A stretch of 64,000 bases of DNA from Raillietiella orientalis (Eukaryota). Below the pieces are notes generated by a model. The model had not been told where the DNA came from. It saw only the letters and a list, made by a program, of their open reading frames with translations, and searched no databases. The stretch lies in assembly GCA_036172245.1 (NCBI GenBank), contig JAYWIR010000036.1, positions 1,426,001-1,490,000 of the forward strand. Reading direction: 5' to 3'. Numbering within the stretch: the stretch's first letter is position 1; every line of letters starts with the position of its first letter. Shown here in pieces: positions 1 through 13,308 of the stretch. Position numbers and translations under genes: made by a program.

Positions 1-438
1 GCGACCGCAGCCTTGCCGCCACGGCGCCAACGCCGCCTCACGGGTTTGAGGCGGCAGCCAGTGTCCCGCGAGGAGCCACGCGAGCCTCTGGTTCTAGCAC
101 GCGCTCGCCTCGTCATCGTCGTCGTCGGCACGCGCCTCGCGCGCCGCGCGTTTGTCGATGAGGGCTTACGCGCGGGCATCAGCGGCCTCGCCCCTCTCCC
201 CTCCGGAAGAGAGGAAAAGAAACAGACGGTCTCCCAGGAAACGTGCCAGTTTTGTTGGAAGCATCGATCGTCAAATTTCCGCCTCCCTCGAGCGGAAGGT
301 GAAAAAAAATTCCCGCTCACCGGCTATCCCGTCCCGATACTCCTTCTCTCTCTCCCACCGGCGCCTTCTGCGCCTCACCCCTTCTCTCCCCCGCGCGACC
401 AGACCTCCTGACCCCTGAACCCGGCGCGCCTGGCCAGC

Positions 439-879
439 ATGCCCAAGCGAGAAGCCTGGCAGGGATCGAAGGTGCTGCACGACCTGGAGTGCACGCTGCA
501 GGCGCCGCTCCCCCCCAAGATCTCCCCTAAGCTCTTCCGACTGCTGAGCTCCGAGAAGTTCCAGGACTTCCTCAGCAACGTGCAGTGGTACGACGGCCTG
601 CAGAAGATACCGGGTGTCGGCTTCAGCTTCGCTGACCAGCTGCGCCAGGCGTCCTACCTCACCGTGGACAACTTGCACTCCCTGTACCTGGAGTGCAACG
701 AAAGCAAGCGGGACTTCGAGGAGATTCTTCGGGACCACGTTCTCAAACGAAGCAAGAGCTACCAGGACAACATAGAGGCCGTGTTCCAGGCGATGAAGTT
801 GTGGGACCGGAAGAAGAGAATGCTTCCTCGCAAAGGAGAAGAATGGTCGCGCGCCCCGTGCAAAGCGGCTGAACCGTGA
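439..879 (+). CDS. Divergent BAF (barrier-to-autointegration factor)-like protein A, 146 aa, intronless CDS
   Basis: SEKFQDF...LQKIPGVG...L...F...VFQAMKLW aligns without gaps to human BAF S4-F59 (SQKHRDF...LAGIG...F59), then to the C-terminal F78/W84. ATG in CAGCATGC context, GC3-rich codons, AATAAA at 909-914. Confidence 0.8.
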   Translation: MPKREAWQGSKVLHDLECTLQAPLPPKISPKLFRLLSSEKFQDFLSNVQWYDGLQKIPGVGFSFADQLRQASYLTVDNLHSLYLECNESKRDFEEILRDHVLKRSKSYQDNIEAVFQAMKLWDRKKRMLPRKGEEWSRAPCKAAEP

Positions 880-1532
880 GCGCGCTCGCAGAAAGGCAAC
901 ACCTTTTCAATAAAAAGGCTGTGGTGCAACTGCTCCGCCACCCCTATACACGGGTACCTCCTCCCCTTGTCGGCAAGAACCGGAGTCTCTTTCCAGGTGG
1001 CCTTTCTCGGCTCACGTCAGGTAGCGCTCGAATCGCAGTCGTCCATTGCGCGCGCAGCTGGAGCGAACCCCAGGCGAGAGGCGCGTTCAGCAGCTGAATC
1101 CGCGCGGAATCCCTTTCCTTGCCAGCTCCCCGGCCACGGATTCCCGCCGATCCACAAAGAGACCTGCCGAGACGCGCCGCGGCTACGCTTCCCGGTGAGG
1201 AGGGTCCTATGGGGTGTTCCACACCCCACGGTGACGACGCAGCGGCGTCGATTGGCCTCGAGACCTCCCCCTTAAGGTATCACCAAGGCAACGTCCACAA
1301 TCACCTCTCGACTTCATCTTCGTTCGAGTTTCTTCTCCTCCTCACCCTTCCATCCGGGGCTCCTCCAGCCGCCTTTCCGACCCTTCACTTCCAAGACGCG
1401 GCAGCAGCCACCGCCAGCAGGGCACGCGCGATCATCCCTGGAAGCCGGAAGACCCTCGTCCTTACAGATCCACCAACGATCGACGCAGAGATAGGGGAAA
1501 GGAGTACAAAATAGATCATCTGCAAATTCTCC

Positions 1533-1946
1533 ATGCTGAAGGAGACCCTCCCAGAGTCCCTGCCGCTACCGATTCACAGGGTTCTGAGCTCGCGGAAGTT
1601 TGCCCGCTTCGCGAAGAAGGTGCGAAGCGCGGATGTCGTCAAGAGAGCTGCCGGCGTGACCGCCGAGTTGGCTGCACTGCGGAGAGCGGACCACGTATAT
1701 ACCGTAGGGCAGCTGTTCGCGAACTGCATGCTCGACAACTACTTCGTGTTCAACCTTCACGAAGACACGTTTGGAGGACACCCCTATGACAACGCTTACC
1801 TGATCCACCTCGTCATGACTACGTACGCATTCAGGCAACACAACGGCCTTGACACCATGGAACGGACGAAGGGCAAGGGGGGGTCTTCCTCGGTAGACCT
1901 GCAGCCCAACAAAACAAACCTTTCGTCCACTCCACCATCCCGCTGA
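1533..1946 (+). CDS. Highly divergent BAF-like protein B, 137 aa (left arm of inverted duplication)
   Basis: RVLSSRKFARF...VVKRAAGVT...VYTVGQLF matches the paralog pattern RLLxSxKFxxF-x14-G[VI][GT]. DNAYLIHLVMTTY corresponds to DNIEAVFQAMKLW of protein A. The C-terminal half is shortened and more divergent. Confidence 0.55.
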   Translation: MLKETLPESLPLPIHRVLSSRKFARFAKKVRSADVVKRAAGVTAELAALRRADHVYTVGQLFANCMLDNYFVFNLHEDTFGGHPYDNAYLIHLVMTTYAFRQHNGLDTMERTKGKGGSSSVDLQPNKTNLSSTPPSR

Positions 1947-4084
1947 TTCCATTTCCAGTGGTCGAAGCGAAAGCAACCGCAGCCGGGGTCCCGCGGCAAC
2001 CAAGACGAGAGCGCCCCGGGTGCAAGGCGTCGGCCTGGATGCGGGCGTAGCAAAACCCTACGGCAGCTACGCTTCGGAGTAGGGTGGCGCGCCTGCACGA
2101 GCAAAGCAGGTCACGGGATGCGAAGCCTCGCCTGCCGCCGCGCCAGGGCACGGGAAGGGAGGGGGGAGAGGGGAAGAGAGGAATGCGGAAGGGAGCCGAG
2201 GGCCCGCACGAAACGACCGGAGTGTCCGTCGACAGAGAAGGGGCGAACAGCACAGCGGCGGAGAGGGAGGGGGCATCCAGGAGGCCCCCGGAGTCTCGGG
2301 AGGGAAGCGCCAGAGTCAAGAGAGTTTTGCTAGGAGGGAGGTGCCAGGGGGAAGCGGAGCGCTCGGAACCCGGAGAGGCGTGCGCGCAGATGCCACGCGC
2401 GGGAGCGGCGATGCGCGGCGCTTTGCGAGGCGAATGGGCCGCAAACTTCGCAAGCACCACCCTCCCCGCCTGGCAGATGAGGAGCAGGGAGCCATCCTTG
2501 GTGGCTTTGGCCTCCGCGCGCAGCCTTCACGCCAGTAGCGACCGCATTCCGCCGCCGTCGACGGCAAAGGCGCCAGCAGTGCGGTGGTTCCGCGCTCTCT
2601 CGGCGCGCCTGCCTCCCGCGCCAAGAGAGCTTCGGAGACTCGGCGCTCGTCCCCCGGGGAGGGTCGACCCGAGACGACCGACCAGCGGCGTCCCGACTGG
2701 TGGTGGCGCGAAGCGAACGAGGTGACACTCCTTCGCCGGCGCACCTTACCTCTTGGACTGTGGCGGCAGCTGCTAAGCTCGGAGGCGGCCCCAGCCCTCA
2801 TGACGGATCCCCGTCGCTGGGCGCAGGGAGCGATGGCGGCAGGTAGGGAGGCAGTCTCGCGCGGACGATGGGGCAAGAGGAGGGGAGCGTCTGGCAGCAC
2901 TGCCGAGGACCATCCTGGGGACGAGTTGGCCGTGCCGTTCGCAGAGATCGCCCCCTCCGGCGGCCGACCGACCGACGCAGGCAGCGGAACGCGCCGCGGA
3001 GTGTGCGCAGGCAGGGACGACCGCCCGCTTGTCGGGTGCACGCCCCCGGAAGAGCCCGCCACCACCGCTCCCGTGCGGCAGTCGCCCCGAAGCGTCGATG
3101 CCGCCCGCGATCACCCATCCAGAGGAGCCCCCCGTCGACTCCGCCCCCCTACCGAATGCGCCCTCCGACGAGCTCGCTCCCGATGCAGATGGAGGAGCAC
3201 GCGATCCGCATCCCTTCCGCCGGGAATCGCCGGCAGTGACTCCTCCCGCCCACCGCGCACCTGCTGCGGACCTGACGCGCGCTCACACAAGCGTCTTCGT
3301 CCGGAAGAAGGTCGCGGCGGCGACAGGTGGCGCTCGGTCGCAGGAGGGAGGGACAGGAGTCGGGCGGGTGCGTGGCGCGCGCCCAAGGTCCCGCCCGGCT
3401 GGCCGGACGCTGAGCGACCGCAGATCTCCAAGAATGGTGGTTAGGTTCTGAATGACTCATAGAGAATGACCATAGAATTGGGTTGAGGCTGCTCCCCGCG
3501 GACGAGCGGCTCCTCTGCTGGCCAGTTGAGGCCGCTGGAGGTAAGAATCCCCTCCGACGGTGGCTCCTGCCTGCCCTACCATCCTTTGCTCCGCCTCCGC
3601 CGCCCCGCCGCACTCCCGCCGATGTACCGCGGAATCCTCGTATCGCGCGTGGTCGATAGCTTGCTCGGGATACGAGGCTGTGCCATGGGACGATGTGTGG
3701 CGCAACATGCTGACCCGCCCCACTCCCGCTCCGTTTCTCGCTCGCGATCGGTCCACCCCCCTGTCGCACCCTGACACGGTCAACGAAGACCGACCCGACC
3801 TTCGAAAACCGACCGCCCCATCAGCTTGGGCGCGTTTACAATGCAGAGGTCTCCTAGGAGACGCGAGGAGCTTTCCAGTATTTCCTCCCTCTTCCACTCT
3901 TCTGACCGCCTTGTCGACCGAACGGCTTTTCCGGGAGCGCGCTTGCTGTCCGAATACGCTGCAAGCAGGAAGGAAAGAAGTCAGTGCGGTTTGCCCCCCC
4001 TTCCCTCACCCCCACCGAACGATCGTCGGAAAGAGTTGCGGACGGACGCTGCCGAGGCGGTGCGAGTAACCGTTCGCCAGCAAA

Positions 4085-4492
4085 ATGCCCTGCGGGGTTA
4101 TGAGCAACCTCCAGTTCCTCGGGAGATTCCCCACGCTGCAGGCTGAGATCGAGAGGAAGAAGTGGGGTTCCAAAAAGACGAGACTGCTGAACTCGAAGAA
4201 GTTCGAGCACTTCGTCAGGAACGGGCAGCTGAGCGACCGCGTGAGGGAGATCCCTGGGATTGGCTCTGTCTTCGATCAGCGTCTGCGGTTGCACGGCGTC
4301 TTAGCGGTGGAGGACCTGTACTACGTGTTCCTGGAGGGCCAGAAGGACGAGAAGCGGTTCATGGACTTTCTGTACGGCGAGGTGCTGGAGAGGGACACCG
4401 GTTTCCGGAAGAACGCGGAGATCGTGTTCCTGGCGCTCCGCTTGTGGGACGAGGTCCACGGAGACGAGATTCGGCTGGCGGCAGGGTACTGA
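4085..4492 (+). CDS. Divergent BAF-like protein C, 135 aa (left arm of inverted duplication)
   Basis: SKKFEHFV...VREIPGIGSVFDQRLRLHGV...FLEGQKDEKRF aligns ungapped to BAF S4-F59 (GIG HhH motif, L34, G38, F49-L50, KDExxF). It ends in VFLALRLW. AAAATG start context. Confidence 0.85.
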   Translation: MPCGVMSNLQFLGRFPTLQAEIERKKWGSKKTRLLNSKKFEHFVRNGQLSDRVREIPGIGSVFDQRLRLHGVLAVEDLYYVFLEGQKDEKRFMDFLYGEVLERDTGFRKNAEIVFLALRLWDEVHGDEIRLAAGY

Positions 4493-5049
4493 CGGGACGC
4501 CCGAGGTCCACTGCTGCTGAATGAAGTGTGTTTTGCTTGATGGTCTATCGAGGTGAAGAGCATGGGCGCCGTGTCCATCCTGACCTTCGTGTTCTGCTAC
4601 GGCGCTGTGCCTTCTTTCAACGTGATTCCGATTGCTCCGGTGGACCGTTTTGCTTGTTTTCAGCGCACGTGTCGGTATGGGGAAAATTCTCATTCGTTTT
4701 GGAGTTCTGCTTCCCCGAATGGAGGATTGCTGGTGAGGAGGGTAGGAATAGAACGTGGCATAATCTCCGGGGTCTTCGTGCTGGATTGTGTCCATGCGTC
4801 CATTTCGGGAGGTAAACCGGGGGCTCCAAGATGGCGGACATGCCGTGCAGCTCGCCCCTTCCTCCGATTTGTCATCTGGCACTGTCTCCTGAGGGTCGCT
4901 TTTAGGCGAAGGATGGAATTTTTTTTCGTATGGGAGGATAATGGGAGACCAAGCGGACAACGATGGAGAGTTGTGGACTGTGGCTGACGAGGTAAGAGGC
5001 AGAAATGCATGGGGTGGGCTACGGTCATAGGGTCTGGAGTGAGTGTGAG

Positions 5050-8000
5050 ATAACAGGATATTGACAGGAGATGCTGACAGGCGTACACTAAGATGATGAC
5101 TAAGATGTTTAGCTACTGCGGTTCAAGTTGTACAAGTATTTACATATTTCCTACATTCCAGTGGAATGTGGAATGTAAAGACATTATTCTAGGACTCATA
5201 GGTTATTGAAGTGGATGTTATGATTGCCGTTTTATTTGGAGTTTTAAAGGTTTTCCATTCTTGGACAACTAATCTTGGGAAGGTTGTTGCAGTTGGCATT
5301 AATAATGATTGCAAGGTTAAGGTGTTTTTCTCTTTAGGAGATACAAGTTAGTGAGGTTGTGCACAAAATATTGATTTTGATTTTATCTAAAAATTTGCGA
5401 GGTAACAGTGGGCTTCTGCTTCATTGTTTTAGTCAGTGAAGGTGATGTGCAGTTGTGGCTGGGAGGATTGTTTTTTGTTTCTCGATCTATAACTGTTTCA
5501 GAGAGTTTGGAATTGTATCTTTATCACAAGTCATGTGCTCATTTGGGGTGTGTGGGGGGGGATCCTTTTGTTGGTATCGATACTTTCGTGGGCGAGTTTT
5601 CAAAAAAAAAAAAATAAAGTTTTTCCTGATATAGTTGAGAGAGAAGCAATTTTCAGAAAGACAAAGAATGGATGATGGTTTCAATTAGAATTTTCTATCG
5701 ATAGTATTCGTTTATACTTTGTCGTAAAAATCAGGTAGTACTGGTAGGAGAATTAGGGTTTGATGTATATGGTGGTGATTAGGTAAAGGGTCATGGCCTT
5801 ACGAATTGTTGCTTCATATTTTATCTTTTATTTGAGCATGGACGCATTCTAATGGGGAAGACTGTGGGCCGGTATGAGTCCCAGAAGTGAGTGCTACAGA
5901 TTTTTCTCTTCATTTATACGGTTTATAGACCTTTTTGATGCTAACAAGCGTGGATTCCCTTCCGGTTTTTATGGGCATAGTCGCTGGGTTGACAGACATT
6001 AGAATAAATTTGGTATTAATGGAGGTGTTTTTTTCGTTCAATTGTTAATGTGTCGATTCACTCAAGGCTTTGTAACCTCACGAAGGAACAGCTTGTTTGG
6101 ATGGTTAGGTTCTTAAAATTCAAGAATTATTGACATATGCAGGCATCTTTAGTAAATGTACATCTAGGATTGTTAAGGCATTAATGAGAATAAGTGTATT
6201 GAGTGATGTGCTTAGGATGTGTTTTGTTTTCTGTTAATTGCTCACAAAGGTGTCACATGATGGTAATTATTGGTAGAATGGTGGGTGGTGAAATGAAAAT
6301 AATAGGGTATATTGATGATGGGATTTCATGGATATGTAGCTTCTAGTGCATTTTTTGTGAAAAGGCTGGTACAGAAGTGGTTGGGGAGATTTCAATTTAG
6401 GGGCCAGAAGAGCACATGGTTTTATAATAATTTGATTTAATGTGTCATTTCCATTAAGATTGGAGTTACTTGAGGAAATTATTGTGCATATCTTTATTAA
6501 AAGGCGAAAGAATTATGTGTTAGAATGGCGACCAGAGTTGTACATATCTTATAGTAGGATAAGAATTTATATAATGTGTGCTTAAGGATTCTTACTTTAT
6601 TAGAGGAATGAATAGAGATAGATATGAGAGTGAGCAGAATGCAACACGGATTTATGCTCTCAGAGGGAGTTCAGGGTGATTATAAAACATTTGTCATTAT
6701 TCTGCATGTATTAATTGGATTGTGGATGTTGTGATCATTATGGTTTATTGTGAAGTATTTCAAAGTAGTTTAAGAAAATAGGATGTTAATGCTTGTGATA
6801 TCACAAACAAGTCCTTGGTTTGTCGTAGTTTAGGTTGTTATTTTGACTTTATATATGGGACTATGGTAGGTTTGCTGAGATGGTTCGATTATATTGGATT
6901 AGTTTTATGTTATGAGGAGAGTTCATGGACTCACATAAGGATGATGATTGTTTGGGATCACAAATGTCTGTTATTTGTGGAGTGTGTATTGATAGTGCCT
7001 GTTTTGGCGTTGACTCCTAATTAGGAGCATGTTGATCTGAGTGAGGCAATCCTTTATGGCTTTTGTTCTGACTTGTGGTTAAAACAATATCCCAAATGAG
7101 CATCAAAATGTTTCCCATCATTTAGGATGGGATGGGTTGGGTATTATCTGTTATTTCTCAGTTTTTTTATGGACATAATTCCCTGATTCTAATGAAATGC
7201 TTGCAGTTTTAAGCATGAGAGATCGAATTTTGTTAATGAGAGTGAAATTCCTTGTTATGAAGCATTCCTACTATTTTGCATTTTTAGATATTGGTATATA
7301 GTATAAGGTTGAGGGAGTTAAATAGGATTGATATAAATTTGTGATTAATTCAACAACTTTCTGATCATTAACCAAACAATCTGATTATATGTGCAAGAGT
7401 GGAATTTTCATTGAGGAGGTTTGGGACTGCACCAGTTTCCACTCTTAGAAAAGGGATAGCTCTTGATTGGTAGGATCCGTAGTGATTGTAGTGATAGTGT
7501 TGCAGGCTATCATAATGCTGCAGTGAAGGTGTGGATCAGTCTCATTGTGAGTTACAGATGGATCAGATTGGGATCTTTAAAAGTCTAGATTTCCATATGA
7601 TCAGAATCCTTGGTTGGTGATGGAGCTCTTGTAAAAGAGGATGAATAGCTACTGTCCATCAAGCAGTGGGTATTAGGGAGTGGATTCCTATTGAATACTA
7701 CATGTTATTTATTAGCTAGGAGGATGAGGATGAGAAATTTTGAAATATGGAACAGGCAGGTATATAGTGATTTGGATTACTGTGATGTCATCATGAAGAA
7801 AGAAGAAGTGTTATGTGGGAGAAGACTTTGAATTTTGGAATATTAATGGGATGTTGCTAACTATTTTGTGGATCTTGAAGAAGCTATTGTATTAATTTCG
7901 TCATATTTAAACAGTGGAATGAGTGGATGAAAGTGTGTGAATGAATACACAATTCATTCTAGAAATTTTGATGTTGATAAGGGATCAATTATATTGTTTA

Positions 8001-10300
8001 TGGAGTTTGCCAAAATAATAATAAAACGATTGTAGATAATAAACAAATTGTGGAGATTTATAATCCTGGGGTTGGGATTATGTTTTTTAGTTTGAAAATG
8101 TTTGGATAAATAAAATAGCATAATGCAACAGCATGATTTTTATGAGGCTTAAGAAGGGTACCTTAATGTCAGTAAATGGTGAAGGTTGTTGAATATTAGG
8201 AAATAGATAGTTGTTTTAGAGGGTATTCCTTGATCAAGGTAGTGATGAAACTGAGAAGACAACTCTTGTTGATAAAACATAATAGAAGTGGGCTATAACT
8301 AGTTATCATCAAGGGATGTATCAATGGGAAGCAAAGGTATCTTAGTAAGTCTCCCAGTCATAAAGATTTAAATAAAGCCACCACAGAGATGTGCCATGGG
8401 AAAGCTTAGAGCTATATAGAGCACCCAGTCGTATTAAGTATTGACATTGACATGGACGTAGGTCTTATATTTTTCCTTGGCTATCATGATGATCCCAAAG
8501 ATGTCAAAAACTTTTATTTATTTATTTTTCTTAAATAGGATGATGGGAAATATAATTTCAAATCCAGGTGGTATATGATTTGTGTTTGAGGATATCCAGA
8601 GAGTCAGAATAAGTTTTTGAATATCATGGTTTCCCTTTTTTGTGGATTGAAGAAGGATTTATTGAAGTTATGATTGAACAGAAGTATGGTAATGCTGCTT
8701 GATTCTAAGATTACCAGAATGGCAGTTGTGAATGTGGTTTCTGTAAGAAGACACATTGAAGAGACTGATGTGTTTGCTAACTTTATGATTGGGATGATAG
8801 TGGTGAAATGGAATGCTCTTGGAATTGAAGATTTCCTCCTGTTGGATGAGTGAAACTGATTCAATCGATTCCTTTGGAGTAACTGACGAGTAAAGGGTAC
8901 TTCTTGTTAATAATCATTGAAAACAGCATTTTCTGGGGATTATTTTGGCCAAGGCTGAGGAGAAAACTCAAAATTTAAAGTTCTTCAATTGAGAGGATGC
9001 CATGGCCTGGTGAGTCTTATAGGGGGGGAATTAGTTCCAAATATCCTTGTTATGACTAGGCAGAAGATTATGGTGAGGGAGAAAGTGATGATAATGTTAG
9101 TGTTGATTTTTTATGAAGGAGGCAAAATTATTGATGGCTTAAGCCTTCACCAGCTGGGCTGTTGTTCCTATTCATAAGAATTTCAGCTTCTTTGAACATC
9201 AGATCTAAATGTTGTCAAGTGGGAAGATAACAAATTTCATAGGAGGATGGACAGGAGGAACATTGGCGATAGTAAGGCAAAATATGTGAAATGATGTTTA
9301 TTAAGGGTGAGGAGGGTAAGTGTTGATAATCTGATGTTAAGGTAGATGAAGAAAGGTTGGTAGATAGGTTTAAGTATGGAAAAGGGATAAACGAAAAAAT
9401 AATTTGAAGAAAAGAGTGGGGTTGTAAATGGGTAATCATTTTTGAATTAAAACTTTGGATCTAGCTTTTTAGGTGAATGGGATTTTTGATGTTTGAATGA
9501 GGGAATTAATTGTGAAATTCATGGATAATATTGATCTGGTCCCCATTCCAATGGGTAATTCTTTCGCTATTTGCTAGAGAATTTCGTTGCTGAAAAGGTC
9601 TAAAGAAGATTGATGATCAGTCAATCTAAAGAGGTTAATAGGGCATTTATTGGGTAAATGATACTTCTGAGTAATATTGAATGAGGATGATGGTGGAGGA
9701 TTGTAGAAAAATGATGAACAGTGGGATTTAATTTTGTCAAATGAATACAGTGGTTCTAGATATTTGTCAGTTGTGGATGGTGTACATAGTAGTGGAATTT
9801 TACCTCACTAATTTGATTTCTGAGGAAGATTGTATTGGTTCAATTAATACATTCCTAATGATATTATTAGTCAATTTTGTTTATAACTCGGTTTGTAATT
9901 GTATTGGAATTTGAGCTAGAATATTGAGTACAGTGTAAGGTTGAGTGAGAAAGTAATAGAAGGTTCAAAGATACGCTTCACTACTGAAGTGCGAGTCATG
10001 AGCTCAGATTGGCTTATCTTGAAGAGTAATGGCACCAAGTGCGGTATCTGCATTGAAGAAAATTTAACCAGTATTGGGATGGTGAAGAAGGAGGATGATA
10101 ATTATGGATGGATGCTTCTCCAGTGCAAGATTAAGAAGGTTGTTGAAGTTTTCAAGTTCATGATAGATGTCTTTGAAGTAAACTATTCATCCGGGTTGTT
10201 GAAGTCTCTCAAAAAGAATTTCACTGAAACCATCAGTGTTGTTTCTGTTCTGACTATGGCTTCTAGGTGCCTTTGATAGGAGAACCTGTGTAAGCAGCAA
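5050..10300 (-). mobile_element. Old, heavily decayed AT-rich LINE-like retrotransposon in the spacer of the inverted duplication
   Basis: Strong strand skew (plus strand G/T-rich, C-poor) with no long ORF. Minus-strand vestiges occur in EN-then-RT order: DSDH (~7600), IKKLRNN (~7160), LFVISQA resembling LxDxxKAFD (~6800). Confidence 0.4.
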
Positions 10301-12149
10301 AGAAGCAAGACCTGTAAAGGAGCTAGAATAGTACCTGAAAGGAAAACATCACAGATCCAAGAATTCACCGATTTTTTCGGGAAGGTGTTATGACTTACGG
10401 TTCTATTAATCATAGAGAACCGGACAAACTATTCTCGAGAGTATATTAAAGAATATCTGTTTGTATTTGTTGCCAACACGCAGGTAGAGGGATGTACAGT
10501 AAACAATGCGAATGATCTATATTTTAAATTTGCGGATGCCAGTTGGCGGCAAAGCAGCATGATAGCTAAAAAGTTCCCACCTGGAAAGAAGAAAAACCTT
10601 GCAATGTATCGGAAAAAAAACCTTCCAAGAATTGTGAGCTGGTTTGGCTGTCGGATACAAGAGTGTTAGCTCTTGCATCCGACAGCAGGATAGTGTTAGC
10701 AGATGCATAAAGTACGCTCCAGCTCGTGGAAAAATGCTAACTCGTGCTTCTGGAGCATCCATGAACTGATTCCGATTGAGTTTCTCGAAGAGAAGCAGCT
10801 CTTATAAACATCTTCCCCAAGTTCCTATTCCCAGAGAAGCCCACGTTGGTTTCTATCTGCGAACTCAAACGCAAAGATTGAAGTGTTTATTATGCATTTG
10901 AAGTTACACTTAACTTTAACGGCCCTTCGGCATTCCTGGCCAGAGCTAGAGTCAGCCGGTCTCCTCTCCTGCTCTTTAGTCACCATGAAAAATTGGCATT
11001 GGACGAATCGGTGATATGTCATACCATTCCAGGATTGCAAGGAAAACGGATGGAAACTTTGTGGACATGTCATTCTGCAGTTTTAGTTGCGCTTGTAAAC
11101 TTCTTAGGAGTCTCATGCCAATTCTTTTTCTATCCTCACATATCAGCATAACGAATACTAGAAGACATTCGATGGGAACCTTGTTGAAACCCCAAGCTTC
11201 CAGCTTGGAAAGATGAGTTCCTGTGAATCCATCTTGCAATATAGCTTCCTCTGCTTCTGAGATGCAAGCAGACCCCCCCCCCCTTCCTCCCCGGAAGAGA
11301 GTATTACTGTACTAGTTGAGAGGTGATTAATATTGTATCGAATGTTGTGATGGTTTCCCAACATCAGTGCCACGAGCACTAACATAAGTCGAGTTTCATC
11401 TGCAGCACATTTCTATGACCCCCTACCCTCATACAACTAGAAGAGATGGCCAGTTTCCACTTTACCAACAAATTCTGAAAGGCTCCAGCGATGTCTGAGG
11501 AGAAGCGGAGGCAGTGACTCGCCCACAGTCGAACGCGTAAGAAGCTCAGGAGGGCTAAACGTCGACGGCAGGTGGAAGTTGCTGTGACGAGAAAAATAAG
11601 ATCAAGTTTGCTGTTATCTATCGTGCGCTTACCTTTCGCAATGCTCCTTCCTTACAGTGCACAGCCAATGCGAACAGAGATTTATTACTTCACAGAACGT
11701 CCCTGCAAAACAGAAATCCCCCAGAAGCCGTCTTGACGTATAGCCAGTTTTCTTTCATCTCCTGCAATGTTTGTGTGCAAAATCCATCTCCTGCGGCTCA
11801 CATACACGGTATACAAACTATGCAAATGTACGTATAGCTACCAAAAATCCGATGCAAACAAATAGGTGAGAACAAAGTACAAGTATAAAAAGATGAATCT
11901 CCGAGCATCATTGGATGCAAGGTTTCTGAATCTTCATTTGGGCTGAGGATTTTATTATCCTAATGATGCGTTTGTGCGTCATGGAGTGCGTTTTGTGCAG
12001 TTTTTATTGTTTTGATGTAGAATTAGATAACATGTTACAGGCGGGGCTCTTGACATTCTTCTGGAAGTCCTCTGTCCATCTGGGACTCTCGTCACCCCTC
12101 ACCTTGTCGCTTCCTCGACTTCCTGTTCTTCGTCTCGCGAGAGTTGACC

Positions 12150-12780
12150 GCTGGGGTTCTGCTTCACCTGTTTGTCGGTCCTTCGTGTGACGTGGGCTGC
12201 ATCGATGTCCCTGGAGCACCGGGTGCACGAGGCCACCATCCGGTGCCTCATCGTCCCCAAGTTCTTTTTTGGAATTCCAGGGTCCTGTAGTGCTTCCTCT
12301 TTACTGGATCCCAGGCTCGCAGAGAGCCAATGATGAAAGCATGCACCCTGCATTGCTCCCCCTCTACCTAACTGGAGGGCTGCTTTCTTGTACTTTTTTC
12401 TGTTTTCTCTTCCAAGCTGCGCTGAACTCCTCTCCACCCTCGTAAGGCAGCAGACGCCCAGCACTATAAACCGGTTCCCCTTTTTCATCACTAAGGAGTT
12501 CTTTCCTGAAGTTCCCTGGTTAGTGGACACTAGGATCAATTTGCTTCATCCACTGCGGTCTTGATGATCATCTCGTGAATCACATCGTGTCGCACAATGG
12601 ACAGATGAAAGTGTCTCCTGCATTTGTTTAGCATCACGCACTTCCCCACATGCGCAGGCTAAGAGACTCGTAAGAGACAGCCACCCTTTTTATCCTAGGC
12701 CTCCTGCATCCTGTGACCACCAAGCTCCATTTCTTGACAAGGGTAATACTCGATTTTGAGCGTGGTTCATCTTAAGCCTT
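12150..12780 (-). mobile_element. 3' fragment of an RLE-type non-LTR retrotransposon (Utopia/NeSL-like), pseudogenised
   Basis: Minus-strand HAQNRVLPL, CRR...ESL, LNKCRRHFHLSIVRHDVIHEMI (CCHC finger plus RHD motif), then RKKY...SLGSSKEEALQDPGIPKKNLGTMRHRMVASCTRCSRDIDAAHVT. This matches the remembered Utopia C-terminal pattern GxLGSW..NE..L..LGI...M...MVS..I..SRDIY.EHVTG. Frameshifted. Confidence 0.7.
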
Positions 12781-13308
12781 ACGAGTCTCTTCTGATAGCA
12801 AGTTAGGAGGATCAAGAAAAGATCAGATAAGGTCATCAGAAAGATCTCGTTGGTAATCAAGGATATTCAGCTGCGGGCACATTCTTAAAAAGCTGAGGTG
12901 TTCCGGGGTGAAAGTGCATCCCGATAACAAGTAGGAGAGCTAAGGATGGGAGAAATTAGAAACGAGGAAGGGGGAACTGCACGGGATGAAGGAAAAGTAG
13001 GAACAGAAAACGAGGGAAAAGAGGAAACTTAGGCGTTTATGCCGAGCTGCGGGACACAGGGATCCATCTTGCAGGGTACTTGCAGCCTCGATAGGATAGC
13101 ACAGCAAACAAAACGATACCAGAAAGGAAGTTCAATAAATAAGAAACTCAACATAAGGACGTAATCAGAGCATCCTGATAAACCAGCGAAGAAGAGCAGT
13201 TTTCAGCAAAAAGAGATTTCAACTCCGCTTCACTTCCCCCTCTCAAAAAAAAAGAATCCATCAATTCAAGAACACTTCATTCAGCAGCAGTGGACCTCGG
13301 GCGTCCCG

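Larger units (their letters stand above)
1060..4529 (+). repeat. Left arm of 3,470-bp inverted duplication
   Basis: Reverse complement of 13272-16741. All ORF-track coordinates sum to 17801. Only two substitutions were noticed by eye (near 1075 and near 2656). Confidence 0.97.

Noticed and set aside
2084..4069. Many overlapping 100-290 aa ORFs on both strands (and their mirror copies at 13.7-15.7 kb)
   Set aside because: Arg/Gly/Pro/Ala-rich, open in several frames at once and with no motif. This is expected from high GC content.
10450..11390. Protein-like broken minus-strand frames (e.g. 10976-11239)
   Set aside because: Interrupted by stops with no recognisable family motif. Probably TE debris, but it cannot be assigned.
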